NCBI GenBank assembly: GCA_048538235.1 | Contig: JBLYPX010000001.1 | Coordinates: 264,013 to 328,012, forward strand | DNA length: 64,000 nt | Direction of reading: 5' to 3' | From: Candidatus Komeilibacteria bacterium | Lineage (GTDB): Bacteria > Patescibacteriota > Patescibacteriia > UBA1558 | Part shown: positions 9,867-19,037 of the stretch, piece after piece | Layout: every line of letters begins with the position of its first letter | Numbering within the stretch: position 1 is the stretch's first letter | Program-made: the position numbers and the translations under genes | Notes under the pieces: generated by a model | Database searches by the model: none | What the model was told of the DNA's origin: nothing | Seen by the model: only the letters and a program-made list of their open reading frames with translations

Positions 9867-9977
9867 TTTCACCCGTTACATTTGACAAGAAATAGAAGTG
9901 GTGCTAAGTTGCTCTATTAAGCCGTCGTGAATATTAGCGCCGTCGCTTAATACTAAAAAGGGTACAATTTCATAAAA

Positions 9978-10895
9978 ATGGCTAAGAATAGGGTATTAAT
10001 AATTTACTTAGATGTAAGAAATAGCCTTAAACAGGCTGATTTAATAGCCTCAAAAATGCCAGAATTGGACTTACTTGCAGAGATAGTTACATTGCCATTA
10101 AAAGTTACGGAAGATTGTAGTCAGTTAGAATCGTGGCAAGCTATTAACGAAACAATCTATACTAATTATGACAGATATGACGGATTCGTAGTTGTGAGCA
10201 AGGCAGATAATTTAATTTATTCAGCCGTTGCTACAGACACTGCTTTTGAGAAGAATTATAAGCCAATTATATTTACCACCGCCTTACTTTCAGGCGGTGG
10301 TTTTAAATTTAAGAAATTATCTGATCTTTCTTTAAAAACTAATTTAATTAATGCCTTGCAGATAATTAATAGTAATATTAGCGATGTAATGATTGTCTAT
10401 GGTCAGAAAGCTATTCTAGCAACACTGGCTAGAAAGGTAAGTGTTTCTCATTTAAACTCATATGATAGTTTAACAGGTGAATATATTGCTACGGTAGATT
10501 TTAGTTTAGAGCTATTTGCTAAGCCTAATAAAAAGAATCATGACGTTATATTTAAAAATGATTTTGATGATAGAATAGCTTTGCTATATTTGCACCCAGG
10601 TTTTGTTTGGTCAAAATACAAAGAGGTGTTAAAGAAATCTAAAGCCTTAATTATTAAGAGTACGCACAGCGATGGATTATTAGATAAAGATATTAAATGG
10701 TTAAAGGATAATTTTGGTAATAAGCCAATAATCATATATAACAGATTAGGTATTGTTAGGGAGCAGCCATTGCCTGCTAATTACATTACGACTGACAGAA
10801 TGTCGTGGGAGACTATGATTATTCGAACTATGTGGTGTTTGGCTGCTAGTAAGTCTACAACAACATTTAAGAAAATATTTTTTCCAAAACAATGA
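9978..10895 (+). CDS. hypothetical protein with a weak asparaginase/glutaminase-like pattern; catalytic Thr motifs absent
   Basis: 'YDGFVVVSKADNLIYSA' resembles the asparaginase 'DG(I/V)V(I/V)THGTDT(M/L)EET(A)' block with the catalytic Thr residues replaced. Confidence 0.4.
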   Translation: MAKNRVLIIYLDVRNSLKQADLIASKMPELDLLAEIVTLPLKVTEDCSQLESWQAINETIYTNYDRYDGFVVVSKADNLIYSAVATDTAFEKNYKPIIFTTALLSGGGFKFKKLSDLSLKTNLINALQIINSNISDVMIVYGQKAILATLARKVSVSHLNSYDSLTGEYIATVDFSLELFAKPNKKNHDVIFKNDFDDRIALLYLHPGFVWSKYKEVLKKSKALIIKSTHSDGLLDKDIKWLKDNFGNKPIIIYNRLGIVREQPLPANYITTDRMSWETMIIRTMWCLAASKSTTTFKKIFFPKQ

Positions 10896-11458
10896 AACTA
10901 TTCTTAAGCATACAAGAGAATAGCTCAACTCAAGCTAAGATTTTTGACATTGATCGTGTATTAACAGATCTTGGCGTTATTGTTTTTACGCCAAAAGATA
11001 AAAGTAATATTTCTAACAATATTTCCTTTTCAAGGCTAGATGGTTTAGTAATAGCTGGGGGAGAGAATAACCAGGATGCAGGATATTTAATAGCGCTGGC
11101 TATCTCGCAAAAGAAGCCAATATTGTATTTACTAGAAAAAGGTCAAGCTCTGCCGGATGAATTGTTATATATTAAAAATAATAATGATGTTTCAAAATAT
11201 TTAATTGTTAAATATTATAACGATTGCAACATTAAAACTAAGATTACAGAGTTTCTAGATTTAATAGAAAACGGAGACTGCAGATGGGACGCACCTTCGG
11301 TTAAATTCACTTGGCGCATAACACCAAGAATAGAAAGATATTTAAGGTGGAAAACATCTGTTTCTGGTAAAACAAAGGCTACTTGGTTAAGAAACCATAT
11401 AGTCAAGGAGATCATAATGAAAGATGTAGAATACCAGAGATTTTTGCAATCAGATTAA
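10892..11458 (+). CDS. hypothetical protein
   Basis: 188-aa ORF overlapping the previous stop. Basic C-terminal tail. Confidence 0.45.
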   Translation: MKLFLSIQENSSTQAKIFDIDRVLTDLGVIVFTPKDKSNISNNISFSRLDGLVIAGGENNQDAGYLIALAISQKKPILYLLEKGQALPDELLYIKNNNDVSKYLIVKYYNDCNIKTKITEFLDLIENGDCRWDAPSVKFTWRITPRIERYLRWKTSVSGKTKATWLRNHIVKEIIMKDVEYQRFLQSD

Positions 11459-11459
11459 A

Positions 11460-11488
11460 TTTACAATATGTGTCTTTTTTAGTATAAT
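11460..11488 (+). promoter_or_regulatory. sigma70-like promoter of the hydrogenase/glycolysis gene string
   Basis: TTTACA, 17-nt spacer, TATAAT. The first ATG (11490) is only 2 nt downstream; a second in-frame ATG at 11499 would give a near-leaderless start. Confidence 0.55.
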
Positions 11489-11489
11489 A

Positions 11490-12482
11490 ATGCTACTTAT
11501 GCTAAAAAAAGATATAGATAAATTAGCAACTTTTATTGCTAAACAATACGCTATTTATGCACCCGTACCTGAAGATAATGATTTAATTGTTAAACGTGTA
11601 AATGACGTTTCAGAAATAGACTATTCTGCAAGGATTCCCAACAATACTTTTAAGCAGCTTTTCTTACCTTATGAAGAAGAGCTTTTTTCTTTTAAGAAGG
11701 GCAAGATTGAAAAGAATAATACTAAAGTTGAGCCAAAAGCAGCCTTTGGTATGAGTGTGTTAGATTTAAAAGCCTTAGGTCTATTTGATTTAGTATTCTC
11801 TAAAGATCCATATTATTTAGCGAAAAGAGAAAATAATATAGTTATTGGAATATCTTCAGGAGCTCCAGCAGATTATGAGGAGTATAAAGTATTTTCAATG
11901 AATAAAGAGGAGAATATTTTAGAGCACATTCCTTTTGATATCTTTCTTGAAAGAAACAATGAGAATGAGTTTAAAATATATTCTGGGTCAGTTAAAGGAA
12001 GAAAGATTTTAAAAGCAGCCGGTGTAAATGTATTTGAAAATATTCAATTTGCTGGACTTATTCAAGAAGAAGGACCTGATGAAAGAATGTTAAAATTAAT
12101 GCCCGTTGTTAAAGGATCAGAAGATAATCCTGTATGGGATGAGATAGCTAAAATATGTACAGCTTGTGGTAAATGTTCAACTGCTTGCCCAACTTGTTTT
12201 TGTTTTGATCTATTAGATGAATCACAAGAAAATGATAGGGTGAGTAAGAAAAGAGTTTGGGGTAATTGTTTTTATCCAGAGTTTTCACAAGTGGCTGGTA
12301 ATAAGAAATTCGTAGAAACTGTTAAACAAAGATTATTTTTTTGGTATGAGCATAAGTTTAGTAGAACCCCAACAGATTACAAAGTGCCGGGTTGTGTGAG
12401 TTGTATGCGATGTTTTAAGGCCTGTCCGGTTGGCATAAACATTATTGAGGTTTTAAGAAAATTAGAAAACAAAAATGATTGA
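11490..12482 (+). CDS. hydB: [NiFe]-hydrogenase (group 3b-like) beta subunit, 4Fe-4S ferredoxin-domain protein
   Basis: Two Cys clusters, 'CTACGKCSTACPTCFC' and 'CVSCMRCFKACP'. Adjacent to hydG/hydD/hydA homologs. The real start may be ATG 11499. Confidence 0.8.
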   Translation: MLLMLKKDIDKLATFIAKQYAIYAPVPEDNDLIVKRVNDVSEIDYSARIPNNTFKQLFLPYEEELFSFKKGKIEKNNTKVEPKAAFGMSVLDLKALGLFDLVFSKDPYYLAKRENNIVIGISSGAPADYEEYKVFSMNKEENILEHIPFDIFLERNNENEFKIYSGSVKGRKILKAAGVNVFENIQFAGLIQEEGPDERMLKLMPVVKGSEDNPVWDEIAKICTACGKCSTACPTCFCFDLLDESQENDRVSKKRVWGNCFYPEFSQVAGNKKFVETVKQRLFFWYEHKFSRTPTDYKVPGCVSCMRCFKACPVGINIIEVLRKLENKND

Positions 12483-13320
12483 TCCATATTTACCACAAAG
12501 AGTTAAGATTACTAAAATAAAAGCTGTAGCTGGAGACGCTGCATTATTTACTACTGAGTTTGTTGATTCGTCTGTACAAAAAAAGTTTGCTTTTATACAA
12601 GGTCAGTTTGCAATGGTGGGAATACCTGGTGTAGGTGAGTGTGCGCTAGATATTTGCTCTCCTTCTGAAAAGTCTACAAAGTATTTACAGTTTACAGTTA
12701 AACAGGTTGGTTTCTTAACAAAGAAACTAGTAGATTCTAAGGTTGGAGACATATTAACCTTTAGAGGTCCTTTTGGTAATGGTTGGCCTAATTTAGAAAA
12801 GCTCGCAAAACCAAACATATTATTAATTGCTGGCGGTTCGGGTGTAGCACCAATCAGAGGTGTAGTTGAACATATTTTAGCTAGTAAACATCAAAAGGAA
12901 AATTTAGTAAAGGTTTTGTGTGGTAGTAATGAAATAGATTATCTAATGTATCAGGATGAAATGCCTAATTGGATAAATAATGATATTAAATTGGGTATTG
13001 CTATAGATAGGCTAAGTAAAGCAACATCTATCGCTAATACTAAGGTTACAAAGGGGTTTGTTACAAATTTACTTAATGCTGACGATATAGACAAAGACTC
13101 AACAGTATTTATGGTTGGACCACCAGCTATGTATAAACCAGTAATAAAAAAATTACAGGAATTAGGGTTTGCAGATGAAGATATATTCTATTCCCTAGAA
13201 AGACGTATGCATTGTGGGGTAGGTGTTTGTCAACATTGTGCAGTAAATGATGTATATGTTTGTAAGGATGGTCCGGTTTTCAATGTAAATGATTTAATTA
13301 ATAACCCAGATTTAATATGA
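12475..13320 (+). CDS. hydG: hydrogenase gamma subunit, FAD/NAD(P)-binding oxidoreductase with C-terminal [2Fe-2S] motif (PyrK/HydG-like)
   Basis: Flavoprotein-reductase fold signatures; C-terminal 'CGVGVCQHC...C'. Confidence 0.8.
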   Translation: MIDPYLPQRVKITKIKAVAGDAALFTTEFVDSSVQKKFAFIQGQFAMVGIPGVGECALDICSPSEKSTKYLQFTVKQVGFLTKKLVDSKVGDILTFRGPFGNGWPNLEKLAKPNILLIAGGSGVAPIRGVVEHILASKHQKENLVKVLCGSNEIDYLMYQDEMPNWINNDIKLGIAIDRLSKATSIANTKVTKGFVTNLLNADDIDKDSTVFMVGPPAMYKPVIKKLQELGFADEDIFYSLERRMHCGVGVCQHCAVNDVYVCKDGPVFNVNDLINNPDLI

Positions 13321-14228
13321 TAAATAATAAAAGAAGAAAAGGTTTTCTATTTGTATTAGCAACAGCTGGTATATCTGGTTTTTCTATCTTTTTAAATAAG
13401 TTTGGGGTTGCTATGAATGACCCCTATGTATTTGCCGGGTTGAAGAATGTATTAGTTGGAATATTTTTTGTTGGAATAGTAATGCTAATTAATAAATATC
13501 CACTTAAGGAAATCTCTAAGAAGCAGTGGGTGTTATTAATCACTGTTGGATTAATTGGTGGAGCTATTCCATTTCTCATGTTCTTTAAAGGTTTGAGTTT
13601 AACCTTAGCAGTAAAAGCTGGATTTATTCATAAGAGTATGTTTTTAATAGTTGCTATGCTATCTGCATTATTTTTGAAGCAAGCACAAAATAAATATGTA
13701 TGGATTGGAATTGTTTCATTACTAATTGGCAATGTGTTGTTTTTAAATATTAAACCTCAGGTTTTAAATTTTGGTGATTTATTAGTATTGGGTGCTGTAT
13801 TGCTATGGTCTGTTGAAATTATTTTATCTAAGAAACTATTAGTAAATTTACCAACAAGTGTAGTGGCGGGTTCAAGAATGTTTTTTGGCAGTATATTTAT
13901 TTGGTTATTCTTAATATTATCTGGTAAGGCAATGTTGGTAAGTAATTTAAACCTAGAGCAGTGGGGTTGGGTTGGAATAACAGCAGTCTTGTTAATTGGT
14001 TATGTAGGTACGTTTTATTCAGGTTTGAAATATGTTTCTGCTGTAGAAGCTACGTCTGTATTAGCACTAGGTGCTCCTATTACCGCAATATTAACAATGA
14101 TATTTTTAGATAAAACTATTTCTGGTTTGGCAGTAATTGGCATATTGTTTATTACATTGGGATTGTTTGTTTTGTATAGAGCACAGAAGATTAGTTTAGG
14201 ACAATGGTCTTTAGTAAAAAACAAATAG
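13317..14228 (+). CDS. EamA/DMT-family transporter (10 TM)
   Basis: Two EamA-like five-TM halves. Entirely hydrophobic 303-aa protein. Confidence 0.75.
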   Translation: MINNKRRKGFLFVLATAGISGFSIFLNKFGVAMNDPYVFAGLKNVLVGIFFVGIVMLINKYPLKEISKKQWVLLITVGLIGGAIPFLMFFKGLSLTLAVKAGFIHKSMFLIVAMLSALFLKQAQNKYVWIGIVSLLIGNVLFLNIKPQVLNFGDLLVLGAVLLWSVEIILSKKLLVNLPTSVVAGSRMFFGSIFIWLFLILSGKAMLVSNLNLEQWGWVGITAVLLIGYVGTFYSGLKYVSAVEATSVLALGAPITAILTMIFLDKTISGLAVIGILFITLGLFVLYRAQKISLGQWSLVKNK

Positions 14229-14986
14229 AGCTGGTTGAAAAAACTAGAAGATTAAGTTTTAAGAACTTTGATAGCATTAAAATATCTGGAGATGGTGTAA
14301 GGATTATATCTAATATATTTTTAAACCCAGATTGTTTAATAGATATAAACTTAGATGAATATATAGATAAAGATGTATTATTGGCAGATCTTTCAAAACA
14401 TATAGTAACAGCAGCCCCAGCAACACTAGCACAGTATGCCCAAGATCATAAGAAGGAATACCTTTCTAGGGATGATGTTATTAAATGTTTTGCTCTTGAT
14501 CATTTAAATACAATTGAAAACAATGACATTATTAAATTAAAGGGTGCTAGTTATGCTTTAGCTCATGCTTTATCTGTAGCTAGGGTAGAAAATATTTATC
14601 ATAATAAAGGAGTTGTTGTGGCAGAGTTAGTGGCAGATAATATTAAGTATATAAATGTAATTATCCCAAATAATTTAAAGGTAGAAGTGGAAGATAGTGT
14701 TTGGCAACATTTTGGGGTGGTTATAGATAAGGTAAATGAAAAAGATAAGGAAATTATTTCTGAACAAGCACAACACCCAGAATGGCAAAGGATATTAAAT
14801 GAAGTTAAAGATACTATAATAGATTATATGGATGAAAAGGTTTTTGAAAAGAATGTTTATAAAAATATTATTAGTGAAATAGAGAATAGACAGAGTGGTG
14901 ATTATAAACAAGGAGCTGGTCAAAATGAAATTGATCAAGCTGTTAAAAATAATAGTAAGGTTAATAAAATAAAATTTACAAATTAA
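14204..14986 (+). CDS. hypothetical protein
   Basis: 260-aa ORF, no recognisable motif. Lies inside the hydrogenase gene string. Confidence 0.5.
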   Translation: MVFSKKQIELVEKTRRLSFKNFDSIKISGDGVRIISNIFLNPDCLIDINLDEYIDKDVLLADLSKHIVTAAPATLAQYAQDHKKEYLSRDDVIKCFALDHLNTIENNDIIKLKGASYALAHALSVARVENIYHNKGVVVAELVADNIKYINVIIPNNLKVEVEDSVWQHFGVVIDKVNEKDKEIISEQAQHPEWQRILNEVKDTIIDYMDEKVFEKNVYKNIISEIENRQSGDYKQGAGQNEIDQAVKNNSKVNKIKFTN

Positions 14987-15459
14987 TGAATAATATTTAC
15001 GAAGAAAAACAAAGATCAAGTATTATGACCATAGTTATATTTTTAGTTGTAGCTTTTGTTTTTGCAGTGACTTTAATAAGTAATTGGTTTGAATACGGAG
15101 AAGTTGCTTTTAGACAAGGCGATGAAGCTGCTTTTTTGGCCATGGCTGTAATTTTTGTATTGATGTTCATATTTTTCTACAATCTAAAGATTGTTATTAC
15201 AGAAGATCGTTTGGAATTCGGTTTTGGTATATTTAAGAAAAAGATTAATAAGGGTGAAATTAAATTAGTTACTGTTAAAAAGTTTGAATTTAAAAATTAC
15301 TGGGGTTATGGCATAAGACTTGGTAGATTAGATAAGTCTTGGGGATATATTGCAGGTAATGATAAAGGAGTATATTTAGAACTTGAGAATAAGAAGTTTT
15401 TCTTTACTACAGACAATCCAGAACAAGTTGTAGATTTAATTAAAAAAACTTTAATGTAA
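14986..15459 (+). CDS. small membrane protein with bacterial PH-like domain (DUF304-like)
   Basis: Two N-terminal TM helices followed by a beta-rich 'GYGIRLG...GVYLELENKKFFFTTDNPEQV' segment. Confidence 0.45.
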   Translation: MNNIYEEKQRSSIMTIVIFLVVAFVFAVTLISNWFEYGEVAFRQGDEAAFLAMAVIFVLMFIFFYNLKIVITEDRLEFGFGIFKKKINKGEIKLVTVKKFEFKNYWGYGIRLGRLDKSWGYIAGNDKGVYLELENKKFFFTTDNPEQVVDLIKKTLM

Positions 15460-16212
15460 ATGATTAAGCGTAAGTTAAAAATAGCAATTATTGGTTTAAC
15501 GTCCTGTGAAGGATGTGAATTTGCACTGCTGGATACTGGTAAAGAATTTTTAGATTTTCTAAAACAAGTAGATTTAGCAGAGTTTAGATTATTAGAAGAG
15601 GAGTTTGATAGAAATGAGTATTATGATATTTGTTTTATTGAAGGTTCACCAATAACAAAAGAGAATGTTAAAACTTTGAAAGAAGCTAGAGAAAAGTCAA
15701 AGTATTTAGTAGCACTCGGTAACTGTGCAGCTATGGGCGGAGTTCACGAGATAAAGAATTATCATAACAAAAAAAAGATAAAAGAATATATTTATGGTCA
15801 AAATTCAACTGTGGCTAATCCAGATATTAAAGAAATAGATAATATTGTTAAAGTAGATTATAAAGTTTCCGGATGTCCTATTAATGCAAATGAATTCTAT
15901 AAAATAGTATATGCTTTAATGAGAAATGAGAGGGTAAGTATTTTACAAAGACCTGTTTGTTTTGAGTGTCAAGCTAGAGGTTATGAATGCTTATTACAAA
16001 AAGGTGAGCCTTGTTTAGGACCTATTATCCTTGGTGGTTGTGAAGCAGTTTGTTTAAAGAGTAAAATGGCTTGTCAGGGTTGTCGGGGTTTATTTGAAGG
16101 AGCTCAAGTTAAAACTATGATGAAAAAATTAATTAAAGAACACGGCCAAGAGAAAGTTAATAGAATAACAGAAATTTTTGGCTTAAGAGATGAAATAGAA
16201 GAAAAATTATGA
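15460..16212 (+). CDS. hydD: [NiFe]-hydrogenase small (delta) subunit
   Basis: N-terminal 'IAIIGLTSCEGCEFALLD' FeS-binding motif and further Cys clusters ('CFECQARGYECLL', 'CQGCRG'). Confidence 0.8.
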   Translation: MIKRKLKIAIIGLTSCEGCEFALLDTGKEFLDFLKQVDLAEFRLLEEEFDRNEYYDICFIEGSPITKENVKTLKEAREKSKYLVALGNCAAMGGVHEIKNYHNKKKIKEYIYGQNSTVANPDIKEIDNIVKVDYKVSGCPINANEFYKIVYALMRNERVSILQRPVCFECQARGYECLLQKGEPCLGPIILGGCEAVCLKSKMACQGCRGLFEGAQVKTMMKKLIKEHGQEKVNRITEIFGLRDEIEEKL

Positions 16213-17459
16213 AAATACAAATAAATCATTTAGCAAAAATGGAAGGTCATGCTGGTTTTGTAGGACATATCTTAGATGGTAATGTCGGTAAAGCTAAGAT
16301 AGAAACACAAGAAGGCGCTAGACTTATTGAGGGAATGCTACTAGGGCGTCATTATATGGATGCACCTATTATCACTTCCCGCATTTGCGGTATTTGTCCA
16401 GTAGTACACAACTTAACAGCCATTGAATCTTTAGAAAAAGGATTAGGTGTAAAAGTTTCAAAGCAAACAAAAACTTTAAGAAAGTTAATGCAGTACTCAC
16501 AAATTATTCATAGTCATGGTTTACATTTATTCTTTTTATCTTTACCTGACTTCTATGGCATTTTAAATGATTTGCAGATGATAAAAAAGCAACCACAAGA
16601 AGCAGATATGGCTATTGCTATACGAAGGTGGGCAACAGATTTAATTAGACTAGTGGGCGGCAGGACTGTTCACCCTATTACTTCTGAGGTTGGTGGCTTT
16701 AAGACATTGCCAGCTCAAGCAGATTTAGATGCACTTAAGGATAGATTGCCAGATTTAATAGATAAGGCCACAAAGCTAGTAAAGCTATTTATTAAATTAA
16801 ACTATCCTGAGCTAGATAGAAAAACAGAATATATTTGCCTATACAATGAAGAAGAGTATGCAATATATAACGGAGATATTAAATCTTCAGAAGGGGAGAT
16901 AATTAGCAGTGCTAAGTTTAGTAAAAAGATTACAGAAATTAAAAAACAGTATGAGGCTGTAAAGAAAGCTAAATTATCTGGCAATTCATTTATGGTTGGT
17001 GCTATTGCAAGACTTAATAATAATTCTAAGCAGTTGAATCCTAAGGCTAAGGAATTATTAAAAGCCTCTGGCTTAAAACTACCAACATATAATTCTTTCT
17101 ATAATATCCTTGCTCAGGCTATTGAGTTGGTACACATGTTAGAAGAATCTCAAAAGATATTAAACACTCTAAAGATTAAAGAAGAAGAACAGGTTAAGTA
17201 TGAAGTAAGGGCTTGCTCAGCAGTAGCTGCTATGGAAGCACCAAGAGGAACATTATTTCACTATTATAGATTAGATAAAGATGGAATAATCCAAGATTGT
17301 AATATTATTACTCCAACAGCACAGTTTCTATATAACCTTGAAGATGATTTAGCAAAATACTTACCAGATATTAAGAATATGACTGCTAAGGAAAGAAGGC
17401 AGAAGATAAGATTATTAATACGCGCTTACGATCCTTGTATCAGCTGCGCAACACATTAA
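16209..17459 (+). CDS. hydA: [NiFe]-hydrogenase large (alpha) subunit
   Basis: L1 motif 'RICGICPVVH' near the N-terminus and L2 motif 'DPCISCATH' at the extreme C-terminus. The protein ends at the His, with no C-terminal extension. Confidence 0.9.
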   Translation: MKIQINHLAKMEGHAGFVGHILDGNVGKAKIETQEGARLIEGMLLGRHYMDAPIITSRICGICPVVHNLTAIESLEKGLGVKVSKQTKTLRKLMQYSQIIHSHGLHLFFLSLPDFYGILNDLQMIKKQPQEADMAIAIRRWATDLIRLVGGRTVHPITSEVGGFKTLPAQADLDALKDRLPDLIDKATKLVKLFIKLNYPELDRKTEYICLYNEEEYAIYNGDIKSSEGEIISSAKFSKKITEIKKQYEAVKKAKLSGNSFMVGAIARLNNNSKQLNPKAKELLKASGLKLPTYNSFYNILAQAIELVHMLEESQKILNTLKIKEEEQVKYEVRACSAVAAMEAPRGTLFHYYRLDKDGIIQDCNIITPTAQFLYNLEDDLAKYLPDIKNMTAKERRQKIRLLIRAYDPCISCATH

Positions 17460-17463
17460 ACAT

Positions 17464-17718
17464 ATGCATGATTTACACGAAGCAGATAGAATTCTAAAAC
17501 TAGTTTTAGAAAAAGCTGTAGAAAATAGATTAAAGCTTGTTAAAGAAATAGATATCAGACTTGGTCAAATAGAAGAGCATGGTGAAATTATTAATCCAGA
17601 TAATTTAAGATTTAATATGCTTAATTTAGCTAAAGGCACAATTGCTGAAAATGCTTTAATAAACATCTCAGTTATTGAAGGAGATAGTTGGGAATTAGTA
17701 TCTATTGACGGTAATTAA
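17464..17718 (+). CDS. hypA: HypA-like nickel metallochaperone N-domain, zinc-finger domain absent
   Basis: Starts 'MHDLHEA' (MHE-type Ni site). The pattern 'V.EIDIRLGQ...NLRFNM.NLAKGTIAENALINI' matches the HypA N-domain. No Cys residues anywhere. Confidence 0.6.
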   Translation: MHDLHEADRILKLVLEKAVENRLKLVKEIDIRLGQIEEHGEIINPDNLRFNMLNLAKGTIAENALINISVIEGDSWELVSIDGN

Positions 17719-17719
17719 T

Positions 17720-17923
17720 ATGTGCATGACTGTTCCGTACAAAGTAAAAAGCATTCAAGACAATACTGTTATTGGTATTGTAGCTGATCAAGTAAAAGAA
17801 TTTAAAACAGATGTTTTAGAAGAGGATATTAAAGTGGGAGATTATTTCTTAGCGCAGAATGGTTATGTGTTACAAATAATACCTAAGCAAGATGCAGATA
17901 ATTTAATGAATTTATTTAATTAA
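17720..17923 (+). CDS. hypC: hydrogenase maturation factor HypC
   Basis: Starts 'MCMTVPYKV...', the MC(L/I)xxP HypC signature with the essential Cys2. The ORF track's TTG start 17705 is replaced by ATG 17720. Confidence 0.8.
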   Translation: MCMTVPYKVKSIQDNTVIGIVADQVKEFKTDVLEEDIKVGDYFLAQNGYVLQIIPKQDADNLMNLFN

Positions 17924-19033
17924 ATGAAAAAGCTCAATCAATTAAAAAATATAAAAGATAAAAATATAATAGTACGTGTAGATTTTAATGTACCCATGAA
18001 AGGTAAAAAGATCATAGATGATTTTAAAATCTATGAAGTAATACCAACTATTAAACATTTACTTAAAAATAATGCTAGAGTTATATTAATTTCTCATCTA
18101 GGGCGCCCTAAGGGAAAAGAATTAAAATATAGTTTAAAACCAGTCGCTAAACATTTAGAAAATATATTGAAAAGAAAAGTAGAGTTTATTACAGACTATT
18201 CAAAGGTTAAAGATAATAAAGCAAAGTTAATACTACTTGAGAATATTCGTTTTGATAGTAGAGAACAAAAAGGTTCAAAGGTGTTTGCTAAAGAACTTGC
18301 TGAACTTGGAGATTATTTAATATTTGAATCATTTGCATCAAGCCACAGAAAAGATTCTTCAGTATATTATTTACCAGATTATTTAGAAACATATGCTGGT
18401 TATAGATTTGAATATGAACTGCAAAATTTAAATCTAAAGAAAGCAAAGGGTATGGTTGCTGTTATGGGTGGTGCTAAAATATCTACTAAAGTACAACTTA
18501 TTAATAAATTATTACCACAAGTAGATTATTTAATTGTGGGGGGAGCGCTAGCTAATAATTTTCTAAAAGCTTTAGACTTGCCAATTGGTAAATCTATGTA
18601 TGAGCCAGAGATGGTTAATATTTGTAAGAAATTGATTAATAGAAAGATATTATTACCAATAGATGTGGCAGTTGAATCAAGAAATAAAAGGCAAATAAAA
18701 CCAGTGTCTGAAGTTAAAAACTATGATAGAATACTAGATATTGGACCAGCTACTATTGAATATTATATAGATATAATAAAACAAGCTAAGTCTGTTATTT
18801 GGAATGGTCCAATGGGTATGTTTGAAAAAACAGGTTATGAAAAGGGAAGTTATGAAATAGCAATGGCTATTGCTAGCACTAAAGGTAAGACAATAGTAGG
18901 TGGTGGAGAAACATTAGCAATAATTGAACACCTAAAACTACACCAGTACTATAATTTCATTTCAACTGGTGGCGGGGCAATGCTAAAATATTTGGAAAGT
19001 AAAAATTTACCAATACTTAAAAAATTAAAATAA
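17924..19033 (+). CDS. pgk: phosphoglycerate kinase
   Basis: 'IIVRVDFNVPM' N-terminus; C-terminal 'GGGA' and 'STGGGA' nucleotide motifs. Confidence 0.93.
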   Translation: MKKLNQLKNIKDKNIIVRVDFNVPMKGKKIIDDFKIYEVIPTIKHLLKNNARVILISHLGRPKGKELKYSLKPVAKHLENILKRKVEFITDYSKVKDNKAKLILLENIRFDSREQKGSKVFAKELAELGDYLIFESFASSHRKDSSVYYLPDYLETYAGYRFEYELQNLNLKKAKGMVAVMGGAKISTKVQLINKLLPQVDYLIVGGALANNFLKALDLPIGKSMYEPEMVNICKKLINRKILLPIDVAVESRNKRQIKPVSEVKNYDRILDIGPATIEYYIDIIKQAKSVIWNGPMGMFEKTGYEKGSYEIAMAIASTKGKTIVGGGETLAIIEHLKLHQYYNFISTGGGAMLKYLESKNLPILKKLK

Positions 19034-19037
19034 TAAT

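Noticed and set aside
9900-9960. Inverted repeat ATTAAGC...GCTTAAT with internal CCGTCG direct repeat upstream of the 9978 gene, considered as a riboswitch
   Set aside because: It is short (7-bp stem) with no U-tract or recognisable conserved core. It is more likely incidental or a simple operator.
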